64,000 nucleotides of DNA from Candidatus Moraniibacteriota bacterium (GTDB taxonomy: Bacteria > Patescibacteriota > Minisyncoccia > Moranbacterales > UBA2206): positions 196,095 through 260,094 of the forward strand of contig JAUSNP010000006.1 in assembly GCA_030645735.1 (NCBI GenBank). Reading direction: 5' to 3'. The position numbers and the translations under genes are program-made. Shown piece after piece: positions 26,393 to 35,925 of this stretch (the first letter of the stretch is position 1; every line of letters begins with the position of its first letter). The notes beneath the pieces were generated by a model. That model was not told the origin of the DNA. It worked only from the letters and a program-made list of their open reading frames with translations, and did not search any database.

Positions 26393-27567
26393 CTTAAATA
26401 ATTATAATATTCTTCGTTATGACTATTTTTGTTGGTGTATTTTTCTATGGTTTTTTCTTGAGCTTTTTTGCCAATTTCTTCTCGAAGATTAGCATCGACA
26501 ACCAACTTTTCCAATTTTTCAACCCATTCAGCCGTTGTTTTTGCTACATAGCCGTCAATTCCATCAGCGATAGCCTCAGAAAATGTCTGGTTGGCCACGG
26601 CCACGGTCGGCACACCTAGAATTCCAGCTTCAAAAAATTTCAATTCCGATTTGGCTTCACAAAATGGATCACCTGGTTCAAGTGGAGCTAGATTGATATC
26701 CACTTTGCTAATATTTTCCAAGTGTTTCTCCCAAGGCGCCAAGGGAAATTGTTCAATTCGATCTTGAAATTTGTTCAGAGCATTTTCAACTTCCAGTGGC
26801 CCCACCAATACAAGTCTGACTTGCGGATATTTCTCCATAATTATCATCAACGCCTCCGTGATTGTAGCAAAATCTTTATTGTGGCTCATTGTGCCAGAAA
26901 AATAACCTATGCGTATCTTTTTTTGGTTTTTGGTTTTTGGTTTTTGGTTTTTATGAATATTTTCTGCCACAGTCACATCATATTCGGTGAGTTTATTGGG
27001 CACAATAAAAACCTTCTTGCCATAACTTTCCAAAACTTTCGCCAAATAGGTTGTCGTGGTGGTGCAAACTTTTACATAATCATCCCTCAAAATTTCTTCG
27101 CCCACACCTTTTGCATATTGTTTCTTTTCAAAGAAACTCATTTTTTTATACATATCTGTGGCGTGCATATATTTCGTATCAAAAACCAAATCATCTGTTT
27201 CAAAGATAATTTCCTTGCCTTGTTTTTTCACTCGCTCCAACAATTTCTTGACGGTCGGGGTGACGAGGGTGCGATGAAAAACAAAAACCTTAAACTTACT
27301 GGCAAACAATGCCAGAAATGGATTGTCTTGAATCATCACTTCAGCCTTGATGCCATGAAAATTCAATTCCTCGGCAACTTTGTAGGCTCGATATTTCGCG
27401 CTATCACCTACACCGCCTGTAATAAACAACACATCGCCAGATTTAAAAGTGGATATTGTTTTCAAAAATGTTGCAAAATAATTCAACACGCGACGACCGC
27501 CTACCAGGATTCCATCTCTTCTAATCGCAGTAAAGGCCTTGCCGATTTTGATTAAAAATAAATTCAT
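26380..27567 (-). CDS. glycosyltransferase family 1 (GT4) carrying an in-frame (CCAAAAA)4 heptamer tract
   Basis: GT4 C-terminal LAPLEPGDPFCEAKSELKFFEAGILGVPTVAV; heptamer tract at 26918-26952 encodes KNQKPKTKNQKK; ATG at 27567 preferred (MNLFLIKIGKAF). Confidence 0.75.
   Translation of the reverse strand: MNLFLIKIGKAFTAIRRDGILVGGRRVLNYFATFLKTISTFKSGDVLFITGGVGDSAKYRAYKVAEELNFHGIKAEVMIQDNPFLALFASKFKVFVFHRTLVTPTVKKLLERVKKQGKEIIFETDDLVFDTKYMHATDMYKKMSFFEKKQYAKGVGEEILRDDYVKVCTTTTTYLAKVLESYGKKVFIVPNKLTEYDVTVAENIHKNQKPKTKNQKKIRIGYFSGTMSHNKDFATITEALMIIMEKYPQVRLVLVGPLEVENALNKFQDRIEQFPLAPWEKHLENISKVDINLAPLEPGDPFCEAKSELKFFEAGILGVPTVAVANQTFSEAIADGIDGYVAKTTAEWVEKLEKLVVDANLREEIGKKAQEKTIEKYTNKNSHNEEYYNYLRSKL
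26918..26952. repeat. heptanucleotide tandem repeat (TTTTTGG)4 inside coding sequence
   Basis: GG dinucleotides at 26925, 26932, 26939, 26946 with period 7. Confidence 0.85.
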
Positions 27568-27576
27568 AAAAATTTT

Positions 27577-27670
27577 AGTCCGTAAAGTCTGAAAGTTCTT
27601 AAAGTCGAAAGCTAACAATGCTTTATGGACTTTATGAACTTTATGGACTTTTGGACTTAGTCGACTTTTA
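27577..27670. repeat. decamer array E (palindromic)
   Basis: AGTCCGTAAAGTCTGAAAGTTCTTAAAGTCGAAAGC-taacaatg-CTTTATGGACTTTATGAACTTTATGGACTTTTGGACTTAGTCGACTTT. Confidence 0.75.
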
Positions 27671-28843
27671 ATTTGTTATCTTTTTATAAATCTCATTTAT
27701 CTTTTCCGCCGAAGCTTCCCAGCTGAAATCCACGGCGCGCTTTTTGTTGTTGGCGCCTTTTTCCTGCGCTTCTTGTGGATTTTGCGCAAAATGCAAAATG
27801 CCTTTTGCAATGCCAGCAGCCGTTGATTCACAGAAATAACCGCCGTCATCCAAATATTTGCGATTATTATCTTTGTCAAAACATACCACCGGCAAACCCG
27901 CTGACATATAATTGAGCATCTTGCCACTGGCTTGATTGGTGTCCGTGTCTTTGGGATCCACTGCCACATCGGCCACGCAATTGAATTTCGGCAATTCAAA
28001 ATAGTTCAAAGGACTCACCACGCGAACAAATTTTTCCAATTGATTTTCTTTGACAAATTCTCTCACATGTTGATCTGGAAAACCGCCAATCAGGAAAAAC
28101 ACATTCGGATTTTGTTCCACTGTCGGCTTGATGGCTGCAAAAAGATGAGCGACGCCTTTGTTGGGCACCAAACCGCCAGAATATACAACCACAAACTTGT
28201 CTTCTGGAATTTCCATTTCTCTGCGCAACTCGCTCTTGCTTTGTTTCAAATTAAAACTCGCTAGACTTGTTCCGTCTAGCATCACTTCAGCACCCTCTCC
28301 GCCTCTAGCTGATTTGATTGGCTCCAAGCCCTCCCAAGAACTGACAATCGCCCAATCACCCCGACCATTGATAAATCTTTCAATAATTCTGAAAAGCCAT
28401 TTCAAACCTTTTTTCAAATAACCATGCGAAACCATCTCGCCTGTCAGACTGCCATGAAAATCAGCCACCAATTTGATGTCGCGCCAAAAAAGCAATTTCT
28501 GCACAATCCAGCCAATCAAAACACCTTCGTGCAAATGACCATGAATCACATCCGGTTTTTGCGTACGCGCTAAAAACAGAACTTTTTTAATAAGCGCCAA
28601 ATCCAAAATAATTTTTTGCCAATCTGGACCAGCTTCCAGCTTCTTATACCAAAAAAGTAGTCGCCTGATTCGTCGGACATCAATCTTGGTATCAATTTCA
28701 GCTGGAATGTCCTTGCCGATATGATAGGTGGCGATTGTAATTTGATTGCCCAATTTTTCCAAGGCCAGCGCTTCTTCTAGAATCCGAATGTGGGTTCCGC
28801 GATCAGCAAAAAATGGAGTTGGAGCAACGACTAAAATTTTCAT
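27668..28843 (-). CDS. glycosyltransferase family 1 (GT4)
   Basis: MKILVVAPTPFFADRGTHIRILEEALAL start (ATG 28843); C-term LVPNKGV...GGFPDQ...AGLPVVCFD GT4 features; upstream 43 codons of the ORF track lie in the repeat array. Confidence 0.8.
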   Translation of the reverse strand: MKILVVAPTPFFADRGTHIRILEEALALEKLGNQITIATYHIGKDIPAEIDTKIDVRRIRRLLFWYKKLEAGPDWQKIILDLALIKKVLFLARTQKPDVIHGHLHEGVLIGWIVQKLLFWRDIKLVADFHGSLTGEMVSHGYLKKGLKWLFRIIERFINGRGDWAIVSSWEGLEPIKSARGGEGAEVMLDGTSLASFNLKQSKSELRREMEIPEDKFVVVYSGGLVPNKGVAHLFAAIKPTVEQNPNVFFLIGGFPDQHVREFVKENQLEKFVRVVSPLNYFELPKFNCVADVAVDPKDTDTNQASGKMLNYMSAGLPVVCFDKDNNRKYLDDGGYFCESTAAGIAKGILHFAQNPQEAQEKGANNKKRAVDFSWEASAEKINEIYKKITN

Positions 28844-28935
28844 AAAGTTTATAAAATTCTTAAAGTTTATACGGTCAAAAGAGTACGGAATCCAACACTT
28901 TACGAACTTGGTGGACTTTATGAACTTTTGACTCT
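28841..28935. repeat. decamer array F
   Basis: CATAAAGTTTATAAAATTCTTAAAGTTTATACGGTCAAAAG...CTTTACGAACTTGGTGGACTTTATGAACTTTTGACTC. Confidence 0.65.
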
Positions 28936-28965
28936 GCCAACTAATTCTACCCCATAAATTCTCGT

Positions 28966-30807
28966 TTGGCAAAAGGCTGTTTAGGCTATATAATTACACC
29001 AATGATCAAATTTAAAATACCCGAGGTAAATTTAGATAAATTCCAGCTATTCACGGCTTTTGTCCTTTTTTGGATAGGCTTGGGATGGCTTGGCTTGGCC
29101 CTTTCACTTTTAGGGATTTTTTATAATGCAATTTTAGTTAGTTATATCCTCTTGGGTATTATATTCCTAGCTTATTTGATCAATTTCAATCAGACCAAGA
29201 TTGCCATCAATTTTCGTTTTTTTCTGATTTTCATCCTAACCTTGATTTCGATTTTCATTTTCTCATTCTATACTACGCCGACCATCTTTTCCGGACGCGA
29301 CCAAGGCTCACTCAGTGAAGCTGCTATCCGCCTGGCGCAAAATCATCATTTGTCTTTTGCTTCAGTTGCTTCCCAAGAATTTTTCAAAATCTATGGCGCT
29401 GGACCAGCATTGAATTTCCCTGGCTTTCATTATACTGCGCAGGGCAACCTTTCCACACAATTTCCGCTGGGCTACATTTCTTGGTTAGCAATTTTCTATT
29501 CCCTGATAGGTCTCAATGGTTTCGTGCTGGCCAACAGCATCACCTTTGCCATTTTTATTTTTTCTTTCTACCTAGTCGCCCGCTATTATTTGCGCGCCTC
29601 TTCAGCCATCATGGCAACTCTTCTGATTTTAAGCTCTTTTATTTTTGCTTGGTTTTTCAAATTCACGCTCAGTGAAAACCTCGCGATGATGCTGACTTGG
29701 TTTGGAATCTATGAGTTCGTGCTGTTTACTAAAAATAAGTCGCGTTTTTATCTTCTAGCGTCTTTGACCGCTTTCACTCTGCTTGTTTTCACTCGCGTAG
29801 AGGCTTTGGGATTTTTGGCGGTCGTCACTGCAATGCTACTCATCAAATACAAAGATTGGAAATATCTATTCTTTGTTGTAATTGGCAAAAAAATTCTGCT
29901 CGTTGCTGGCGGGTTTTTAGTATTATATTTTTTCAACTTGGCACTTGATAGCTCATCATATTATTCAATGTTGAAAGGCATCCTCAGTCCGTTCATTTCT
30001 CTGGGCTCTGGACTTAAAGATTATTCGTCAGCAGATTCTGTGCCATTTTTGGCCACCTCCTTTTATGTGCTCAAAGTTTTCTCAGCCTACGCGCTGTTCA
30101 ATTTCTTGCTATTTGGCATCATCGGATTTATTTATTTATGGCGCCACAAAAAATTTGAAATTTTGGTGCCATTTCTGATTATCCTGCCAACCTTTGCCTA
30201 CATCATACACCCCAGCATTTCAGCTGATCATCCTTGGATGTTGCGCCGCTTTGTTTTTTCCATCATTCCCGTCAGCATTCTTTATGCCGTTTGGTTTTTT
30301 GATCACTTCTTCAAGAAAAGAATGTATTTCTATTTTGTTATAGTCCTGCTCATTGCCACCAACCTGATGGTTTTTGTGCCCTTTCTGACAATCTCGCCCG
30401 ACAAAAATCTGTTGCCACAAATTGAAAAAATTTCCGAAAACTTTGTTGAATCAGACTTGATTTTAGTTGATCGCGATGCCACCGGTGATGGTTGGTCAAT
30501 GATGACTGGGCCGTTGAATTTCTTGTTCGACAAACAAGCAGTCTATTTTTTCAATCCCAAAGATTTGGCAAAGATTGATCAGAAAAAATTCAGTGCCATC
30601 TATTTCATCATTCCTGACAACAAATTAGACTTCTACCGTCAAGGCGGAATTTTGCAAAGACTAGTGCCTGTTCAAGATTATTCAATTGAAAACAAAATGC
30701 TCAGCCTGAAGACCGGCGAGAAACAAGAAATGTTTAGCGCGCCAATCGAGTTGCCAAAAATGCAAGATAACGCAGTTTATGGTAAAATTTATTTATTAAA
30801 AAACTAG
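28966..30807 (+). CDS. polytopic membrane protein (~12 TM + C-terminal soluble domain), putative GT-C-fold glycosyltransferase or O-antigen ligase-like
   Basis: Hydrophobicity pattern; first extracytoplasmic loop with SGRDQGS acidic motif; C-terminal ~200-aa non-membrane domain; alternative ATG at 29002. Confidence 0.35.
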   Translation: MAKGCLGYIITPMIKFKIPEVNLDKFQLFTAFVLFWIGLGWLGLALSLLGIFYNAILVSYILLGIIFLAYLINFNQTKIAINFRFFLIFILTLISIFIFSFYTTPTIFSGRDQGSLSEAAIRLAQNHHLSFASVASQEFFKIYGAGPALNFPGFHYTAQGNLSTQFPLGYISWLAIFYSLIGLNGFVLANSITFAIFIFSFYLVARYYLRASSAIMATLLILSSFIFAWFFKFTLSENLAMMLTWFGIYEFVLFTKNKSRFYLLASLTAFTLLVFTRVEALGFLAVVTAMLLIKYKDWKYLFFVVIGKKILLVAGGFLVLYFFNLALDSSSYYSMLKGILSPFISLGSGLKDYSSADSVPFLATSFYVLKVFSAYALFNFLLFGIIGFIYLWRHKKFEILVPFLIILPTFAYIIHPSISADHPWMLRRFVFSIIPVSILYAVWFFDHFFKKRMYFYFVIVLLIATNLMVFVPFLTISPDKNLLPQIEKISENFVESDLILVDRDATGDGWSMMTGPLNFLFDKQAVYFFNPKDLAKIDQKKFSAIYFIIPDNKLDFYRQGGILQRLVPVQDYSIENKMLSLKTGEKQEMFSAPIELPKMQDNAVYGKIYLLKN

Positions 30808-30813
30808 GAGATT

Positions 30814-30896
30814 AGTCAAAAGTCCATCAAGTCAATAAAGTCCGTAAAGTTATAGGAACTTTCGACTTTACGGACTTTGGACTTTACGGACTTTGA
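30814..30896. repeat. decamer array G (palindromic)
   Basis: GTCAAAAGTCCATCAAGTCAATAAAGTCCGTAAAGTTATAGGAACTTTCGACTTTACGGACTTTGGACTTTACGGACTTTGAAC. Confidence 0.75.
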
Positions 30897-32236
30897 ACAT
30901 TATGACTCTGGATTTAACCGCTCACATCAAACTCGACAAAAAAAATCTTCGACTCTACCGCATCCTGCAGGTTATTTTTTATTTATCCGCCATTTCTTTG
31001 GCAACCTATTTTGCTATCCGCATTCTTTTTCCAACCTCCTATTTCATATTTGATTTTAACAAGCCCTTTGCCAAAAGCAACAATATTTATGATATGCATG
31101 ATAACACCAAGCTTGTGCCCGGAAAAGGAATATTGCCCGCCAATGCAACTTTGAATTTCAATGCTTCTCTCTTTGATTTCTTTTCTAAAGCGCTAGTGAC
31201 TTTTTCCCTGGATAAAAAATCCGCACCACTTCAATCTGGTTCAGTTCTGGTTAAAAAATCTTTTCGAGCTTTTCTCTATCCAGATGGAGCCATCATGGGC
31301 TTCAAGGATGGCACGCTCCTCAAAAGCGAAGGAAATTATTATATAGTTTTTAATGGCAAGATGCATAAGTTTGCCAAGCCGAATTTGGTGACTGAACTGG
31401 GTTATGCGCCAGAAGCTTTTCGAGAGGTCACACCAATTGAAATCAATTATAACAAAAAAGGTGATTCCATCACCAAAGCGCAATATCCCAACAAAACTTT
31501 TTTTAGAGTTAATGATGAATATTATTTATTGCAAAGCGAACACTTACAAAAATTTATCAGCGCCAACGCTTTCCTCAGCCAATATGATTCCAATCAAGCC
31601 ATCGTGAAAGATACCAGCTTTCTATCAACCTTCAAGCCGTCGAATAATTTGATTGGTTTTGCCGATGGCTCGATCCTGTCATATGGTGACACAATTTATA
31701 TTACTAACGGTAAAAATATTCTGCCCGTCGATAGTCCTGAAACCTTTCTTAGCAAGGGCTATGCCTGGGAAGATGTCATTCCAGTCAGTCCGGAAGAAAT
31801 CGCCCTCTATGTCAAAGAGAAAAATTTCACCATAGCCAGCTTGCATTCCAACGGTACAATTTTCAAGACCAGCGAAAGTGGCAATCATTATTTGATTCAA
31901 GATGGCAAAAAAAGACTCTTGCCTTCAACCAATGTCGTGGCTTCCTGGCTCAAGAAAAATCCAATCATGGTTTCACGCGATAGTCTCAGTCTGACAAATT
32001 CCTGCCTGCTCAAAAAAGACGCGCTCAGCGCCAATTCATATTCCTGTGAAATTCCAATTGCCAATATGCAAAATTTGCTTGGCAGTGACTATGAATTTTT
32101 TGCCAAATCAAGCTCTGCCATTCAAATCGATACTGTCAACATTGAATTCAAAAAAGATGTCACCCGCGACAATTTATTGCTAACTCTCAGCCGCATATTT
32201 AATCGCGTAAAAAACAATTATGTTCCCACAAATTAA
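30893..32236 (+). CDS. membrane-anchored (single N-terminal TM) hypothetical extracytoplasmic protein
   Basis: TM LQVIFYLSAISLATYFAIRILF then 400-aa soluble region; no recognisable motifs. Confidence 0.4.
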   Translation: MNIMTLDLTAHIKLDKKNLRLYRILQVIFYLSAISLATYFAIRILFPTSYFIFDFNKPFAKSNNIYDMHDNTKLVPGKGILPANATLNFNASLFDFFSKALVTFSLDKKSAPLQSGSVLVKKSFRAFLYPDGAIMGFKDGTLLKSEGNYYIVFNGKMHKFAKPNLVTELGYAPEAFREVTPIEINYNKKGDSITKAQYPNKTFFRVNDEYYLLQSEHLQKFISANAFLSQYDSNQAIVKDTSFLSTFKPSNNLIGFADGSILSYGDTIYITNGKNILPVDSPETFLSKGYAWEDVIPVSPEEIALYVKEKNFTIASLHSNGTIFKTSESGNHYLIQDGKKRLLPSTNVVASWLKKNPIMVSRDSLSLTNSCLLKKDALSANSYSCEIPIANMQNLLGSDYEFFAKSSSAIQIDTVNIEFKKDVTRDNLLLTLSRIFNRVKNNYVPTN

Positions 32237-32624
32237 ATTCAGTGCCGGACCAAAAGTAGTCATTCTATACAAACTTCTCAATGATAGTCTATTGGTTATG
32301 CTAACATTTTTCATGCTTACCCTGCTGGCTGAAGGTGCATTGCCAGGAATCATTTCCTCCCACATTGGACTCTACAAAATTGTAATTGCCATTCTTGTGA
32401 ATATTTTAGCTATCACAGCGATTGGAAAAATCATCAAGGCGCCTGAAAACGCAACCAACAAAAAAATAGTAGAGACGCGATTAATCGCGTCTCTACTTAT
32501 CATCTGCGCGCTATTGCTTTTCAACAGTCTGCTCAAGCTCAATATATACTTGAATATTTTTATTCTAATCACACTCTTTGTGATTAGCTATTTTTTGATT
32601 AGAGTTTTTCAAGAAGAAAAATAA
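32220..32624 (+). CDS. small membrane protein (3-4 TM), hypothetical
   Basis: hydrophobic segments; overlaps end of preceding gene by 17 nt. Confidence 0.3.
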   Translation: MFPQIKFSAGPKVVILYKLLNDSLLVMLTFFMLTLLAEGALPGIISSHIGLYKIVIAILVNILAITAIGKIIKAPENATNKKIVETRLIASLLIICALLLFNSLLKLNIYLNIFILITLFVISYFLIRVFQEEK

Positions 32625-32704
32625 GTCCATAAAGTCTTTAAAGTCAAAAGTCCGAAAGCACTGGAGCTTTTGACTTTATGGACTTGACGGACTTTAAGGA
32701 CTCT
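32624..32704. repeat. decamer array H (palindromic)
   Basis: AAGTCCATAAAGTCTTTAAAGTCAAAAGTCCGAAAGCactggaGCTTTTGACTTTATGGACTTGACGGACTTTAAGGACTC. Confidence 0.75.
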
Positions 32705-33812
32705 CTATGTATTCCAAAGTCTCCTTGGCGCATTTCTCCCAAGAGAATTTTTGCAACTGCTGTTTGCCTTTGACAATCAATTCGGCGCGCAATTTTTCAT
32801 CCGTCAAAAGCCGCTCCATCTGTTCACTCATCTCAGAAACATTCTCAGCGTCAAAATACATTGCCGCGTCGCCACCCACTTCTCGCAAGGATGAATTGTC
32901 CGCGGTCAAAAGTGGCACGCCTGCCGCAAAGGCTTCCAGAACCGTGATGCCAAAACCCTCATAAAGCGAGGGGTGGGCAAAGACAGTGGCCCCCCGGAAC
33001 AAGTGCCCTATATCGCAAAATTTGAGCCTACCGGGCATCACAATGTCCTCACTATATGGGCTTTGCTTGGCCTTTTTCTCAATATTTTCGCAGAGCCAGG
33101 CCTTTTCTCCAGCCAAAACCAGTTTAATGCTCGATTTTGAGCGAGTTTTATAGGCGTCATACGCCTCAATCAATCTTTCAATGTTTTTTCGCGGTTGCAA
33201 GGCGCCCGTATATAAAATATAATCACCCACAATTCCCGCTTCTTTTTTAGCTCTTTCTTCTTCCGAAAAATCACGCGGCTGCGAAAAAACTCCCTCAGTG
33301 AAGCCGTGATAAATGACTTTGATTTTGTCTGCTGCGACTTCTGGATAGAATTTCAAGATGTCTTGCTTGGTTGATTGCGAAACGGCAATAATTTTGTCAG
33401 AATTTCTGATTGAATAGTCCGCAAAAAAATTCAACTTGCGTAAATCTTTTTTGGTGAAATATTGCGGAAAATATTTGAAAGCCAAATCATGGATTGTGAT
33501 GACAGTTTTCAAATTCTTGCGACGCACCAACGGCAAAGCTGCCATCGGCATCCACAAAACATCTGGCGCATCTTTCCACAACTCTGCCGCAAAACAAATT
33601 TGGGTCCACAAAAAAGGAAAGTTTTTTTGAATGATTTTATAATTGAAAAATGCAGGCGGAGTCAGTTCTAGATTGAAATCATTTTTATGATATAACAAAA
33701 ACTCGCTGTCAGAATCTAATTGGCCAAAATGTTTCAGCAAATTGAGAATATAGACGCGAGTTCCGTCGATGCGCTTGTGATCAAGATCAGCAACCTGAAT
33801 TGCTATTTTCAT
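32694..33812 (-). CDS. glycosyltransferase family 1 (GT4)
   Basis: FAHPSLYEGFGITVLEAFAAGVPLLTADNSSLREVGGDAAMYFD EX7E motif. Confidence 0.85.
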   Translation of the reverse strand: MKIAIQVADLDHKRIDGTRVYILNLLKHFGQLDSDSEFLLYHKNDFNLELTPPAFFNYKIIQKNFPFLWTQICFAAELWKDAPDVLWMPMAALPLVRRKNLKTVITIHDLAFKYFPQYFTKKDLRKLNFFADYSIRNSDKIIAVSQSTKQDILKFYPEVAADKIKVIYHGFTEGVFSQPRDFSEEERAKKEAGIVGDYILYTGALQPRKNIERLIEAYDAYKTRSKSSIKLVLAGEKAWLCENIEKKAKQSPYSEDIVMPGRLKFCDIGHLFRGATVFAHPSLYEGFGITVLEAFAAGVPLLTADNSSLREVGGDAAMYFDAENVSEMSEQMERLLTDEKLRAELIVKGKQQLQKFSWEKCAKETLEYIESP

Positions 33813-34679
33813 TTATACTTTCAAATCTTTTAAAAAGGCTTTCAATTTTTCTCCGATTTCTGGATGCTTCATGCCTAACTTAATTGTTGCTTTAACAAAA
33901 TTGAATTTATCTCCTGTGTCCAGCCATTCACCATCCAAAATCTTTCCATATAGTGGGCGATTATTTTCCAACATAATTTCAAAAGCATCAGCCAATCGGA
34001 TTTCTCCGGATTTACCAGTTTTCATATTTTTCAAGACATCCATAATCTCCGGGGTTATAATATACTTACCGACCGCAACTAGATTTGATGGCGCGTCCTC
34101 CATCTTCGGCTTTTCCACAATTTTTTTGATTTCAATCGTGCTTGCATCAATTTTCACTCCATCAATCACACCGAATTTTGAAACTTCACTCATAGGAACT
34201 TCGCTAAGCCCGATAACTGGGTCTCCATATTTCTCAAAAACATCCATCAATTGCCTTGAAGCTGGAATCTCACTATCATACAAACAATCTCCAAAAATAA
34301 CCAAAGCTGGTTCATCACCCAACAAATGTGCCGCTTGCAAAAGCGCATGCCCATCGCCTAACGGCATGGATTGACGCACATAGGAAAATTTAGCTAGACC
34401 AGAAATTTTTTGCACAACCTCCAAAAGATCCTGCTTATTTTTTTCTACCAAAGTATCTTCGAGTTCATATGAAACATCAAAATGATCCTCAATTGCTCTC
34501 TTGCCACGCCCAGTAACAAAAATGATTTCTTCGATTCCAGAAGCCACTGCCTCTTCAACTAAATATTGAATAACTGGCTTATCAATGACAGGCAACATTT
34601 CTTTTGGTTGCGCCTTAGTGGCTGGCAAAAATCTTGTTCCAAAACCAGCAACTGGCAAAATAGCTTTTTTGATTTTCAT
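33813..34679 (-). CDS. galU: UTP--glucose-1-phosphate uridylyltransferase
   Basis: AILPVAGFGTRFLPATKAQPKEMLPVIDKPVIQYLVEEA... and C-terminal GalU-type region. Confidence 0.85.
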   Translation of the reverse strand: MKIKKAILPVAGFGTRFLPATKAQPKEMLPVIDKPVIQYLVEEAVASGIEEIIFVTGRGKRAIEDHFDVSYELEDTLVEKNKQDLLEVVQKISGLAKFSYVRQSMPLGDGHALLQAAHLLGDEPALVIFGDCLYDSEIPASRQLMDVFEKYGDPVIGLSEVPMSEVSKFGVIDGVKIDASTIEIKKIVEKPKMEDAPSNLVAVGKYIITPEIMDVLKNMKTGKSGEIRLADAFEIMLENNRPLYGKILDGEWLDTGDKFNFVKATIKLGMKHPEIGEKLKAFLKDLKV

Positions 34680-34724
34680 ATTGTATAAATTTAAAAATAA
34701 TTTTTTATTTTTTTCAAACTAAAC

Positions 34725-35855
34725 CTAAACTTTCTTGTTTTGCTCTTCACGCAAGAAGATATTGTAGGCTTCTAGGTTTCTTTTTAACCGTGTCTTCATC
34801 TCTTCATTGAACTTTCTAACTGCATCTTTGATGATTGGATGAAAGTTGGCGGAGATACCTTTATCCTTTACTATTTTACCAGCTTCCAGCAAAGAATCAA
34901 ATGTTCCCGCATCCAACCATTCTCCGTCAAATACGGTGACTTTCAATTTTTCTTTATTCAAATAGAAATTATGCAAATCAACAATTTCCAATTCGCCTCT
35001 TTCAGACGGCGCAAGGCTTTTCGCCACTTTCACAACTTCACTATCATAAAGATACAATCCTGTGATAGCATAATCACTAATCCATTCTTTTGGTTTTTCC
35101 ACAATTTGCACAGCTTTGTTATTTTCATCAAATTTAACTACGCCTGATCTTTCTGGATCTGAAACTTTTTTAGCAAAAACATGACCGCCTGATTTGAAGT
35201 TTTTAATGGCTTCAGAAAAATTATCTTCAAAAATATTATCGCCCAAAACCAAGGCCACACTATCATTGCCGATAAATTTTTCGGCTAGGATGAAAGCGTC
35301 CGCCAAACCACGGGGAACTTTTTGCACTTCGAAATATATGTTGATGCCATATTCTTTGAAAATTGATCCGAGCAAATTCAAAAACGGTCCACTGTTTTCT
35401 GGACTTACAATCATAAAGATATCTTTGATGCCAGCGCTGATCAAAGTGTTCAATGGATAGAAAATCATTTGATAGTCATAGATTGGCAAAAGTTGTTTGC
35501 TGGTAGTGATGGTCAACGGAAAAAGTCTGGTGGCCGTTCCGCCAGCCAGAATAATTCCTTTCATACCGGCTGTAGCACTTTTGAAATATGATAGGTTGTG
35601 TACATCCTCTTCAATTTTTTGCAAAATCTTTGAATCAGATTCTTTTTCTTTGATGATGATTCGCAAACGATTGAACTCATTCAACAGAAAAATAGCTGCG
35701 AAAAATTCCATCGTCAAAAATACGGCCTGCACAACTTCTCGTGGAACTATTCCTGTGCCAGAACTGATTAGAAATGGCGTGCAAAGCATCAATAAAACAA
35801 TACCAATCATTGCGCTCATGACCACCCAAACCTTTGTTTTTGGAGTTAGAAACAT
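34725..35855 (-). CDS. rfbA: glucose-1-phosphate thymidylyltransferase (RmlA-like) with ~97-aa N-terminal two-TM extension in the same ORF
   Basis: MKGIILAGGTATRLFPLTITTSKQLLPIYDYQMIFYPL (internal Met) through C-terminal; upstream in-frame MFLTPKTKVWVVMSAMIGIVLLMLCTPFLI...AAIFLLNEF hydrophobic segments. Confidence 0.7.
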   Translation of the reverse strand: MFLTPKTKVWVVMSAMIGIVLLMLCTPFLISSGTGIVPREVVQAVFLTMEFFAAIFLLNEFNRLRIIIKEKESDSKILQKIEEDVHNLSYFKSATAGMKGIILAGGTATRLFPLTITTSKQLLPIYDYQMIFYPLNTLISAGIKDIFMIVSPENSGPFLNLLGSIFKEYGINIYFEVQKVPRGLADAFILAEKFIGNDSVALVLGDNIFEDNFSEAIKNFKSGGHVFAKKVSDPERSGVVKFDENNKAVQIVEKPKEWISDYAITGLYLYDSEVVKVAKSLAPSERGELEIVDLHNFYLNKEKLKVTVFDGEWLDAGTFDSLLEAGKIVKDKGISANFHPIIKDAVRKFNEEMKTRLKRNLEAYNIFLREEQNKKV

Positions 35856-35892
35856 AATATTTTTACTTAATTGTTTAAAATCACAACCTAGT

Positions 35893-35925
35893 ATACTAGC
35901 ACATATTTAGAAAAAAAGCAAGTGT
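35893..35925 (-). promoter_or_regulatory. candidate extended -10 promoter (TGcTAGTAT, minus strand) for rfbA-like gene, with upstream GGCTCAAA direct repeats (35941-35990)
   Basis: plus-strand atactagca 35893-35901. Confidence 0.35.

Noticed and set aside
26722-27555. 277-aa plus-strand ORF antisense to the GT4 gene; similar long antisense ORFs at 38845-39453 (opposite glyA) and 54445-54936 (opposite lepA)
   Set aside because: They are shadow ORFs of well-supported genes on the other strand. They have no motifs and a biased, low-complexity composition.
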